A model generated the notes under the pieces. The model made no database searches, was not told where the DNA came from, and worked only from the letters and a program-made list of their open reading frames with translations. Shown one piece after another: positions 1 through 14,018 of a stretch of 64,000 nt of DNA. How positions within the stretch are numbered: the first letter of the stretch is position 1; each line of letters opens with the position of its first letter. Position numbers and translations under genes: made by a program. Where the stretch lies: the NCBI RefSeq assembly GCF_009914755.1, contig NC_060941.1, one strand, 5' to 3'. The stretch comes from the human T2T-CHM13v2.0 reference genome, Homo sapiens.

Positions 1-44
1 CTTGGTATTGTCTTTCAACATGTCTATAAATCCTCTATCCTTAG

Positions 45-180
45 CTTTTGAAGAGGGAGAACAGCAGATTGCTCAGTTACATGGGTCTGGATTTTAATTC
101 TTTGCCGTATCAAGTACCTACTTCAGATGAAGGAGGCGCAAGACAAAATCCAGGACTTGCCTATGGAAACCCATATTCTG
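45..180 (+). CDS. CALCOCO2: CALCOCO2/NDP52 internal coding exon (third from last), end of coiled coil plus galectin-8-binding region
   Basis: ttag acceptor at 41-44 and GTAAG donor at 181. Encodes LLKRENSRLLSYMGLDFNSLPYQVPTSDEGGARQNPGLAYGNPYS(G), which matches the NDP52 C-terminal region. The phase-1 end joins in frame to the next exon. Confidence 0.97.
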
Positions 181-816
181 GTAAGACAACTTTCCCATTC
201 CAACTGGAAGGACCCTGCCTGCATCCCTTTCCCCTACTAAATTTTTGTTTCTGAGGTGCTAATTAAGACCAGTCTCATTGTTAAGACTTGCTGGGCAGAA
301 GCTGAGGACCCAGTAGAAAGATTGCCAGGCGAGAAGTGTTAATTGAGAAATAAATCTGAATCCAGAAGACACAAATCAGATCATTCGCCTAGAGGCAGCA
401 GACACAAATTGAGTCCCGTGGCTATATTCCAAATGTGTAAATCAGAGAAATGTCTTTATGTAGAAGATATACACATACAAAGCTGAGGAAGCTAATTAAG
501 GTTTTGAAATGGTAGCAAGAGAGGCAAGTTATGCCGCCCAGGAACTAGCAGTTACAGCAGCCACCCTGATGGCTAACCAAGGATGACAGAAACGTGCTCC
601 ACAGAGACTCCTCGATGGTAGGACAGGAAATGGGGGTGAAAAGGACTTGGGGTAACATGTCCTTGCCAAACAGGGAGCTTTTCTCATTTGTCTCCAAAAG
701 CAATATGAGATCTCATTTACTTTTTGGGACAGTTAAAGCAGCAGTATTATCTTTAGAGTTACAACCAGATGTTTATAACAGGCAACAAGTTTATTTTTCC
801 TTTAAAATAAGTTTGT

Positions 817-1240
817 GGCCGTGCGCGGTGGCTCACACCTGTAATCCCAGCACTGTGGGAGGCCGAGGCGGGCAGATCACCTGAGGTCAGGAGTTCGAGA
901 CAAGCGTGGCTAACGTGGTGAAACCCTGTCTCTACTAAAAATACAAAAATTAGCTGGGCATAGTAGTGGACTTGGCTCACTGCAACCTCCGTCTCCTGGG
1001 CTCAACCGATCCTCTCACCTCAGTGCAACCTCCGCCTCCTGGGCTCACCTGATCCTCTCACCTCAGCCTACCAAGTAGCAGAGACTAAGGCGCCAGCCAC
1101 CACACCCAGCTAATTTTTGTATTTTATGTAGAGATGGGGTTTTGCCATGTTGCCCAGGCCGGTTTCGAACTCCTGAGCTTAAGCAGTCCACCCACCTCAG
1201 CCTCCCAAAGTGCTGGGATATGTGAGCCATCGTACCTGAC
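817..1240. mobile_element. Fused inverted Alu pair (sense left arm joined to an antisense Alu) in a CALCOCO2 intron
   Basis: A GGCCG..-starting sense Alu breaks off at about 970 and runs directly into antisense Alu sequence. Neither poly(A) tail is present. Confidence 0.85.
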
Positions 1241-1357
1241 TGTGGATACAGTCTTAAAACCTATTCTCAGATAGTCATTAAATTGTTACTGTTTTTATTA
1301 AAATCTCATTTTCCCCACTCTGAAAATAGCTTTGTTGTTTTTTTCTGACTGTATAAC

Positions 1358-1439
1358 ATATATATATATGTATATATATATATGTGTGTGTATATATATA
1401 TATATATATAAAGCCTGTGTGTGTGTGTGTGTGTGTGTG
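1358..1439. repeat. Compound (TA)n/(TG)n microsatellite
   Basis: Alternating TA and TG runs read directly from the sequence. Confidence 0.95.
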
Positions 1440-1498
1440 AAATGAAAATACAATTTTCATTTGTAATTTTATTTTGAAATAATGAAAATACAATTTCA

Positions 1499-1796
1499 GG
1501 CTGGGTGTCGTGGCTCACTCCTGTAATCCCAGCACTTTGAGAGGCCGAGGCAGGCGGATCACTTGAGGTCAGGAGTTTGAGACCAGCCTGGCCAACATGG
1601 AGAAACCCTGTCTCTACTAAAACTACCAAAAATTAGCCAGGCATGGTGGTAGGCACCTGTAATCCCAGCTACTCAGGAGGCTGAGGCAGGAGAATTGCTT
1701 GAACCCAGGAGACAGAGGCTGCAGTGAGCTGAGATCACACTAGTGCACTCCAGCCTAGGCGACAAAGCGAGACTCTGTCTCAAAAAAAAAAAAAAA
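1499..1796 (+). mobile_element. AluS-type element
   Basis: Full dimer with poly(A); TSD-like aaaatac(a/g)atttca on both sides. Confidence 0.9.
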
Positions 1797-2007
1797 TACG
1801 ATTTCATTATTTATGTTTTCTTTTCACCTTATCATTGACCTAGATCCCCTCTATCAGAAGTAACGGTATATATATGAGAGAGAAAGAATCAGAGGCATTG
1901 AGGAGAAAGGGAACAATGAAAGTTACAGGAAATATCTGCCAGAACACAGTTGGAGAAGCTAGGGATGGTATTTTCTCATTGAATGAGATCTTTTTTATTC
2001 TTTTCAG

Positions 2008-2036
2008 GTATCCAAGAAAGTTCTTCCCCCAGCCCG
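2008..2036 (+). CDS. CALCOCO2: CALCOCO2 29-nt penultimate micro-exon
   Basis: Pyrimidine tract plus cag at 2005-2007 and GTAAGT donor at 2037. Encodes (G)IQESSSPSP and keeps the frame between the flanking exons. Confidence 0.95.
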
Positions 2037-2569
2037 GTAAGTATTTGATTCATGAGAATATTCCCACAAAGCACTTGAAAATTTCCCTTCCTGCTCCAGT
2101 TCATGGGAGAACCATAGGGAGACAGGTTCATTTTGATAACTCCAGAAGTCAGCTGGATCAGTTTGTTTTGGGCCCAAGGCTGAGCCAGCCTGTTGTGGAA
2201 GGGAGATGAAAGCACAGTTCATCCATCAGCATTTTGCTTAGGATCTATACCTTTGAATTATTTGGTAGCATAAGTAGGGAGGAGATCTGAACCAGGCAGC
2301 TAGCCAAACAAGTTCTGTCCAATGCCCCTTCAAGGCTAGAAGCTATGTTGGCTATTTCAGCAATATTAGGCCATTTCAATTCTGGGGTTAGACGAAGCCT
2401 GGTAAGCATCTTCAAATGTGCATTCTCTTCATTCATTCACTATTTCTTGAGTGCCTAACCATGTGCCAGTCATTATGCTAGGCACTGAGGATACAGTGGA
2501 AGACAGGATGGCCACATCTGTGCCACATATAGCTTACATTTGTACTGACCTCTTTGCTCTTCCTCCCAG

Positions 2570-2737
2570 CTCTCCATCAAGAAATGCCCTATCTGCAAAG
2601 CAGATGATATTTGTGATCACACCTTGGAGCAACAGCAGATGCAGCCCCTTTGTTTCAATTGTCCAATTTGTGACAAGATCTTCCCAGCTACAGAGAAGCA
2701 GATCTTTGAAGACCACGTGTTCTGCCACTCTCTCTGA
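2570..2737 (+). CDS. CALCOCO2: CALCOCO2 last coding exon, tandem zinc fingers (ZF1 and ubiquitin-binding UBZ)
   Basis: Branch-point-like TACTGAC at 2543-2549 and cag at 2567-2569. Encodes LSIKKCPICKADDICDHTLEQQQMQPLCFNCPICDKIFPATEKQIFEDHVFCHSL, with TGA at 2735-2737. Confidence 0.97.
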   Translation, partial: LSIKKCPICKADDICDHTLEQQQMQPLCFNCPICDKIFPATEKQIFEDHVFCHSL

Positions 2738-3709
2738 GTATCCCAACCTCTTGGATGTATACAGAGATTTTATAGAATAGAACCTATAGCTTCTACCATG
2801 AGTTATATGAGTCAAGATCCTGCCTAACCTGAAATTATTAGGGATTTACTCAGCCCTGCTGCCGCTAACAGTGGAGTTATGTCACTGATCTGAAGGTCAC
2901 TGTTAAGGGCTTCTGCTGCCATCCTTGTGGGTTGCTACCTTTAAGTCGCATAACTCTAGCTGTATCATCCTCTCACCTGTCATTCTTCTGAGGGTCTCAG
3001 TACAAGGGCCCTGGGATGGAGCCAACCTGGGTATTCACAACAGGCCTGACTTGATACTAAGTGATTAGTTTTCCAAGTTGTCCCACTGCCATTCAAAGTC
3101 AGCCCTTGAGTGTATTTGTTCTCAGTCCTAACCCTGGGGCCAGAGATTGGTCCGAGGTTGAGAATTCCTTCCTCCTCATCCTTGGTGTTGCTTTCTCCAA
3201 ATGATTGTTTTAGACTAGCCAAAAATGCCGTGGCAAAGAGCTCAGAAATCCAATTTGGATACCAAAGGTTTCTCATGTTAATTTCTCAGCCCCCAAAGAA
3301 GCATCTTACTCCTGAACCTTAGACAGGAAGTATTGTTTCAGTCACAGAAAGCTTTTCTGGGTACCTCTGGTTAGCACTTTCTACTCTCTGATATTTCCTA
3401 TGTACATAGCTTTTATTGTTGTAAATCCTTTCTTAATGGTTAAATAGGATTGTTAGCAACTATGGGTTTGCAGTTTTCTGAGTAGGTGAGTTTTGAATAT
3501 GGGTAAATCAGAATAATGAGACAACTTGTTAATCTCTTTAATACTAAAAATAAATTACTCTTCTATTTCAGGGACTTAGGTAATTTAAAATAAACCTTCA
3601 ATTTATGGTCTTCTGTTTTGAAGCTCATGGGAAAATTGTGATCAAAAGGGCTATGGGAAGGGCAGACCCCGCCAATGATTTCTCTTCACCTGTCTTAAGA
3701 TTAAATAAA
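2738..3709 (+). other. CALCOCO2: CALCOCO2 3'UTR, proximal part, with candidate poly(A) signals
   Basis: Follows the stop codon. AATAAA occurs at 3549-3554, 3589-3594 and 3704-3709. Longer isoforms may extend further; the true 3' end cannot be read from sequence. Confidence 0.7.
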
Positions 3710-3790
3710 AAAGAGTGTCCTGGCAGTTATCTTGAGGTGGGGAAGGAGGTGATGAAACATTAGTTTGTGAAATCCAAGGCCCTGGCTTGC

Positions 3791-4096
3791 TTTCTTTCTT
3801 TTTTTTTTTTTTTTTTTTGAAACAGTCTCTCTCTGTCACCCAGGCTGGCGTGCAATGGCGCAGTTGACTCACTACAGCCTCTGCCTCCCAGGTTCAAGCG
3901 ATTCTCATGCCTTAGCCTCCCAAGTAGCTGGGATTACAGGTGTGTGCCGCAATGCCCAGCTAATTTTTGTGTTTTTAGTAGAGACAGGGTTTCACTATGT
4001 TGGCCAGGCTGGTCTCGAACTCCTGGCCTCACGTGATCTGTCCACTTCAGCCGTCCAAAGTGCTGGGATTACAAGCGTGAGCCACTGTGCTGGGCC
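3791..4096 (-). mobile_element. Antisense Alu in the CALCOCO2 3' region
   Basis: Poly(T) followed by a reverse-complement Alu dimer; flanked by aggccctg(g/a)ctt. Confidence 0.9.
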
Positions 4097-4980
4097 CGAG
4101 GCCCTGACTTCTTGCTGTAACTTTCCATGCATTTTTTTTAAAAGGAGCAGTGTGGATTTTCGCACCCTTTGTGAACTAAGTTCAATGCGCTCTATCCAAA
4201 TTTGCCTAATTGAACTATAAGAAAGTAATAATTCCATTTTCTATCCCCTCAGGGACTGAACAAATGGAAATAACTCCCAGGCAGTATCAGGTGGTCACTA
4301 CAGAGACTTCCACAAAAACTTTTGAATGATGTGAAACACGATGTCATGAATAAGGGTTGAGCCAACTATAGCTCTGTGTTCCTACTGGGCTTTCCCTAAT
4401 GTGGTTGGGAGTTATGCCCTAGACTAACTGTATTGTCCTAGTCACAGCTCCTTGCTTTGATTTCATCCTTGATAAAATGAAGATGAAACTTACACTACTT
4501 CTCCAAGCCTTTTGCTGTCTTAAGAATAAGACCTGAGATTAACACTAACCCTAGAATAGAAATGTAATAGGGAGATGGTAATAAAGGAGTTTTTCTGGCA
4601 CATACCCTCCCTACAGAATTTCTGTTGCTCCCCAGATCCAGTGAAGAATTGCAGTTTCATTTATTTTGTACCAGTCAGCTCTTAATTAAGTACATGAATG
4701 GAGAGGAACAGTGGTGCACATAATCCAAATCAGTGAATACCATTTTCTGGTGAATTACCCACCCCTTTGCCCCTGCTACCCCGAGGGTTACCATGATTGT
4801 CAACAGCAGCAGGAGCCCTTCCACAGGGCTTGGTAAAAAAACCAGTTGAGGTGTTAATGACCCTTTTTGCTGGGTGTAAAACAAAGCATCTTTAACCACT
4901 GTTCATTATCCCCAGCTGCTCTTACCAAGGCTTTGAAGGGGGAAATTATGCTCTAGGCAGCCACTAGTAGTAAACAATAG

Positions 4981-5264
4981 TTCTTTTTTTTGAGACAGAG
5001 TTTCACTCTGTCACCCAGGCTAGAGTGCAGTAGGCGCTCACTGCAAGCTCCGCCTCCCGAGTTCACACCATTGTCCTGCCTCAGCCTCCCGAGTAGCTGG
5101 GACTACAGGCGCCCGCCACCGCTCCCGGCTAATTTTTTGTACTTTTAGTAGAGACGGGGTTTCACCGCGTTAGCCAGGATGGTCTCGATCTCCTGACCTC
5201 ATGATCCACCGGCCTCGGCCTCCCAAAGTGCTGGGATTACAGGCATGAGCCACTGCGCCCAGCC
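4981..5264 (-). mobile_element. AluY (antisense)
   Basis: AluY-type motifs (ctgcaagctccgcc, tagccaggatggtctcgatctcc); TSD aacaatagttctt at 4973-4985 and 5265-5277. Confidence 0.9.
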
Positions 5265-6259
5265 AACAATAGTTCTTATATAACCCACTGCCCACCCTGG
5301 CCTTCCTCCATCCCCCTCGCACCCACACATTATATAGCTGTAAAATACCTGCAAAAAATAGGAAGTTATGAGAGCAAATAGTTATCTGAGTTGAATTTTT
5401 GAATCTTTGTACTTGTTATGGCAACAGGTTTTCCTTCCTAATTTCTTTTCTCTTGGTCTAATATTAAAATGTTTTTGCATTACCTTAGCATGCTTACTGG
5501 ATGGGCAGTGAAGGGAGAATAAAGTCACCCTGGCACATGTGAGTGTGAAAGAAAGCTAACTTAAAAAAAGGAGGCCGGGCACGGTGGCTCATGCCTGTAA
5601 TCCCAGCACTTTGTGAGGCCAAGGCGGGTGGATCACGAGGTCAGGAGTTCAAGACCAGCCTGGCCAACATGGTGAAACCCCATCTCTACTAAAACTACAA
5701 AAAATTAGCCAGGTGTGGCGGCAGGCACCTGTAATCCCAGCTACTCGGGAGGCTGAGGCAGAGAATTGCTTGAACCCGGGAGGCGGAGGTTGCAGTGAGC
5801 TAAGATCGCACCACTTTACTCCAGCCTGAGCGACAGAGCAAGACTCTGTCTCAAAAAAAAAAAAAAAGAGAGAGAGAGTTGGCAAGATATTTGGTAAACC
5901 TAGGCCTTAACACCTATAGCTTCAGCTCTTTTCCCTGGTCTTGCTAAAAATTGGGATGAAATGTGACTGCCTTGATGTTCAAATATCATTCTCCTGTGAT
6001 TTGATTTTCTACGGTGGCAGTGGCTTACACTGAGGTAAGCATACTCTAACCTGGTCTCCTAGGAACAAATGTGGATGAAATGTGGATGCAGTCCATTACC
6101 TGGGAAAAAAGCAAAATGGACTCTACATAGAGACAAGATCCAAAGAGATATTCATCTGATTGCCCTGAGTTAACCAACAATAGGCCATAAGCTCAGTGAA
6201 GTTACACTGGCCCCAGTGCTTTCCTTAGCTGCTCTCATATAAATATTCAAAAGTCTTAG

Positions 6260-7730
<1,471 letters not shown>

Positions 7731-7888
7731 TAAAGTAATAAAATATCATTACATTCTTGTACCGCTTTATAGTTTAGAATGTATTTCACATATTCCCTGT
7801 GTGCCTCTCATAATCCTCCAAGACAAGGCAGCTATTAACTCATTTTTATGGATGAATAAGCTGAAACATGCAGAAATAACTTGCTAAA

Positions 7889-8612
<724 letters not shown>

Positions 8613-9240
8613 ATCATTTGGGACATGAAGGATGTCTCAAATACAAACACAGAGCAAGTTAAACACTGTTGAACTTGGATAGATTACGGTGATGTCAGTA
8701 CAATCACTGCCACAACTGTGCTGTGTTCTCCCCCTATCTTGGACTGGAGGCAGCAGCTTCAGTGCGATAGAATCAAGATTAATAGGGTCAAGGGAATTAG
8801 TGATAGCCCACCATTTGGCCAACAGCATTAGTGGTCTCTGGTAATATCTATTCTGTGGAGATGGATGTACCCAATAAAGTTGGGGGACAGAGTCACTGGC
8901 CCACAAATCCCAGGTAATCACATTAAGAGATCCAGCCTGCTCTGCCTAATGTTATTACTTTCTCCCTGTGGAAAGGAGAAATATGACACTCCAGGGGACT
9001 ACATTCATTGTTTACTCAGTCAGTCAACATTTATTGAGCACCCACAGTGTGCAGAGCTAGTATCAGACCAGGATTTGAAAAGTAAAAAGTTCTTCCCCTG
9101 AGGGATCTGCAAGATTAATGAAGTCTCTGCCCTCAGGGAGCTGGGAAACTGCTGGGGGAAAAAGTCTTCGGTTTCAGGGCTCTCCCAGTCAGATGGGGAA
9201 AGGAGAAAACCACCCAGAAAAGCAATGTAAAGATACTCAC

Positions 9241-9272
9241 AGCACTACACTCTGACCAACTGAGCTAACCGG
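9241..9272 (-). pseudogene. tRNA-Ile(AAT)-derived 5'-half fragment (non-functional)
   Basis: Reverse complement CCGGTTAGCTCAGTTGGTCAGAGTGTAGTGCT matches the 5' half of tRNA-Ile(AAT) (GGCCGGTTAGCTCAGTTGGTTAGAGCGTGGTGCT, recalled) with about 3 mismatches. There is no 3' half or B-box. Confidence 0.7.
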
Positions 9273-9828
9273 TTGGCAGCCCTAAGGACTCTTAAAAGAT
9301 AAGGGAAGTCATCCTGCAAATTAAGGACTTGGCAGCTGTGGGACCTCAGTGTTAATTAAAGGTGTTTTGAAAGCCCAAGTTAAGGATGTTAGAGAAGTGT
9401 GCTTTGGAAGAGGCAGAGAGACAGAGATGGCAGACAGACACGGGGAATGTATTCTGAGGTTCTCTGCAAAGGCAGAAGGAGAAGCAGTACCAGAATGCAA
9501 AGGACTGGTAAGCAAAAATACTAGAACATAAAAAGAAATCAGTTTCTGTCCTGAAAGACACCACAACCTAGTTGAGCCACATTAACAAGCTTATTTGCGC
9601 TAACAAGGGGTAGGGTAAGGGTGGGGAAGGATTGTGTTATGAGGATATAGGAGTGGCTCAGAATCCCAGGTTGCAAGTCTCCCAGCACTGTACTCGGCCA
9701 TAGTTCTTAAACCGCATGTGAATCTATAATTATCTCAAAGAGCATGTTGAGATGAGGGAATTGCAACCATGTGTGAGGTGAGGGTATAGTGTTCTAGTGT
9801 GTCATAGTGAGGGACAAGGCTCCATCCC

Positions 9829-10208
9829 GAGGCTGTAGGGGACAGTCCATTCTTTCAGTGGTTGTTGGTGTCCCTTGACTTGTGGCATCACTCCAAAACC
9901 TGCTTCCATGGCCACAGTGCCTCCTTCCTATGCCGCCGCCTCTCCTCAGTGTGTGTGCTCTGTGTGCCCTCTTATAAGGACATATGTCATTGGATTTAGG
10001 GCCCAGTTGGCTAATCCAGGATAAGTCTTTTCTTCAAGATCCTTAATCACCTTTTGTCATATAAGGCATTACTTGTTCAGTATGTAAAGGGTATGAGAAG
10101 CCTGTGCAATGTGGCAAGACTCCTATCTACAAAAAAAGAAAAAGCCAGGCTTGGTGGCATGTGTGGACATCTCTTTTTGGGTGGGAGGGCACCATTCAAC
10201 CCACTACA
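9829..10208 (-). mobile_element. MLT1-type (ERVL-MaLR) LTR fragment with an embedded Alu fragment
   Basis: MLT1-like motifs cttataaggaca...tcattggatttagggccca...taatccagga and terminal attcaacccactaca; subfamily not resolved. Confidence 0.6.
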
Positions 10209-11003
10209 GAAAGGTAGGGGCAGATAAATGATTACTAGGATTCTGACCCAGCCAATCAAGATAGAACACACAGAAGAAACAGCAGCCTTCAGGGCTTGAA
10301 CTTCAGGGAGGGAAGTTCAAGTTTTAACTGAATTTGAGGGTCTTGTGAGGATACTCAGTAGGCAATGGGATAAATGTTTCAGCAAAGAGCTGGGTTGGAG
10401 CTGCAGGTTATTCCTGACATGAGTGGCATAGCTGAAACCAAGGGAGTGGACGAGCAAATCTGGAGAGAAAAGATAGGGCAGGCTGAGGACAGACCCTGAA
10501 TAATGCTAACTTTAGGAGTCAGGCAGGGGACCAGAAGCCATCCATGAAGGGAAGAAAAACCAGGAGAAAATGGGAAGGCTGAAAGCCAAGCAAGGAAATA
10601 GTTTCAGAAAATGAGTTCAATAGTGTCAAATACTAGTAGGGTAGGACTGGAAAGAAACCTTTGATTTTAGGAACTTAATGTTGACAGGCAGATAAGCTTT
10701 TTTCTCTCTTTAAAAAAATTTATTCTCATTAAAGAACACTTGAAATGCATGAAGTACAAAAGTATAGTTACATCAACCAAACACAATTATTAGCATTTCC
10801 ATCCATTTTTTAAAACATTGTTTTCAGTCAGGGTTTCACTCTGTCACCCAGGCTAGAGTGCAGTGACACGATACTTCACTGCAACCTTCACTTCCTGGGC
10901 TCAAGTGATCCTCCCACCTCAGCCTCGGAGTAGCTGGGACTGCAGGCATATACCACCACGACCCAGTACATCTAGTTGTTTCTATATATAGGTGAGCTTG
11001 TGA

Positions 11004-11150
<147 letters not shown>

Positions 11151-11153
11151 TGA

Positions 11154-11303
<150 letters not shown>

Positions 11304-12497
11304 TGAGTGTTCTTTTTTTTTTTTTTAACACAAACAGAACTAGGTGAGCCTTCAAGGAAAGAAAAAAGACTGTGTGCATGTGTGCGTGCATGCCCGTGAA
11401 TGCCTGCCTTGATTTCCAACACACGCGTCCTCCTTTAAATCCTCCCTGAGCTGGAGACCGACTTGTGGGCCCTGGGAGAGTGTGTGGGAGTGTGGAGAGT
11501 GACCTTTGGACCTGGGTACTTTCCGGCCCCTCCTCCCATGGAAGTTGCTGCACTGATTTGGCCTGTGCAAACACCAGGCACTTTTCGCTGGGTCAATATT
11601 TCACATCCGTTGTCAGGGTCTAATCCATCTTCAACATCTGTTCCCTGGGATGTTGTGCACTGCTCTGCCACCTATGACCCCTCATGGTCTTTGTCCCCAG
11701 AAGAGGATCTCTACAAGGTCCCCAGGGCTTTCTCCAGCTTGAGGCTGCTCGGTTCTTCTCTTTTTTTCCTCTTTAAACCCTCTCACCTTTGCCTGAGCCA
11801 ATAATCTCCCTCAAATTACAGGGAGAAGCCCCTTCTGTCTGGAAGCCTTCCCTGGCTCCAGAACACAGGGACGTGGTAGCTGCTGTTGTGTAGAATTCAG
11901 CAAACCTCACCTGCCAGTGGGTCCAGAACACGTTCTGACCCAGTGTCCTGCTTGCCACCTTGTACTTCCTGACTGCTGCTTCCTGCTGTGAGCCTGCTGG
12001 AGCCCTGGGGACACACATTTACTTGAATAACATCTCAAAATAGACTGGGAAGACAAAATGTACTACAAGGGGCCAGGCACCGTGGCTCATGCCTGTAATC
12101 CTAGCACTTTGAGGGGCTGAAGCAGGCGGATTGCCTGAACTCAGGAGTTCAAGACCAGCCTGGGCAACAGGGTGAAACCCCATCTCTACTAAAATACAAA
12201 AAATTAGCTGGGCGAGGTGGTGGGTGCCTGTAGTCCCAGCTACTCAGGTGCCTGAGGCAGGAGAATTGCTTGAACCAGGAGGTGGAGTTTGCAGTGAGCC
12301 AAGATCATGCCAAGGCACTCCAGCCTGGGCGACAGAGCAAGACTCCATCTCCAAAACAAACAAACAAACAAGAACCCAAAATATACTACAAGGTGTAACT
12401 AGAAATTGTTTTCAAGATTGGTGCTTTTGCACCATTGATTAGACGAGGCAACCAAGTGCATTTATTTTGATGCATGCCTGTCTTGTTCCTCTAATCA

Positions 12498-12794
<297 letters not shown>

Positions 12795-14018
12795 CTAAAA
12801 AAAAAAAAGAAGAAGAAGAAGAACAGGGACAGATTTCTGTTCATTCTCCTCAGTGCAAATCTCTGGCCCCAGCTTTCCTCATCATTATTCAAACCCAACA
12901 TATATTCGGCATTTACTATAAGCAAGTGCTGTTATTAAGCCCATTTATAGATGAGGGAGCCAAGGCTTAGCAAGGATAAAGACTTGAAGGCCGCACAGCT
13001 GCAGAAGGTCAGGCTGGACCAGGGTTTATGTTGTTAACACTAAATTGTTTGGAGAAACAGCAAACCCAGCTGTGGGGGAATGGGAGGGGTGGGTGTGGAG
13101 CCTGAGGCTAACTTCCTCCCACCCAGCCATTCTGTCCTCTCTGCAATAAAATTCATAGTCCAGGAAATTCCCTGCAAGTGACAATGACTCTTAAACTTTC
13201 CTGAAGATAAGAATTGCTGGGCCAGAGCCTCCTTCACTGCTTGCCATCCCTTCAGCTGATGGTCAGTAACTCTTTCTTTGCCAGTAGCCTGCCTGGCCTT
13301 CCAGTTTACCAGAGAGGCCCTGGTGATGAACCAGGCCCACCTCCCATCTTCCGGAACCCATCCCTGCCACCTCACCCAACCCCACCCTCCTTCCCTCTTT
13401 CACTCTGGGAGTTTTTGCAGTTCATCTGCTCAGCCAAAGAGAAGTAACTGCTAATGTTAAGCCGAAATTTGGGTCGGGCCAGGAGGCACCTTTAAAATAA
13501 AAAATTTACTCGGGTACAGGAAACAGCTATAAATGATCTTGGAAATGCAGGCACTCCATCTGGTTACACACTCCAGGCAATGCCCAACAGAGCATCTGAA
13601 GGGGCCTTGCTTATCAACTGTCATGGATTCAGGAAGCCAAACAGACCTGCCTGTTACCAAGGTGTCTCCTGCAGGCCCCTGCCTCCAGAAATGACCACCC
13701 CTGAGATGAAAACTTCTCTTGGGAAGAAACTGAGAAGGAGCTTTTAACAATTTGCTCAGGGCTTCCCACTCTTTGTTGCTGGGACATTCTTTCTGTAGCC
13801 AGCTTCAGTCCCTGTTAACACATAGTGAACAACAGTATTATTTTTGTTGTGTTCCACATCTGCCGTGTATAATCTCCTTTTATTTTTTTCTGAGTTAACT
13901 TTGTTTTCTTTTTTCTTTGTTTTTTTTTTTGTTTGTTTGTTTTTCTGCTGACTACCTACTTATCTGTCATAACTTTGTTTTTATTGTGGTAAGAACACAA
14001 TGTGAGATCTAGCTTCTT

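Noticed and set aside
9241-9272. Functional tRNA gene
   Set aside because: Only the 5' half (A-box side) is present; there is no anticodon, T-arm/B-box or terminator.
11435-12018. Non-repeat ORFs of 78-113 aa (similar ones at 20827-21144 and 25306-25840)
   Set aside because: No recognisable homology, exon structure or retrocopy hallmarks; the lengths are within chance expectation.
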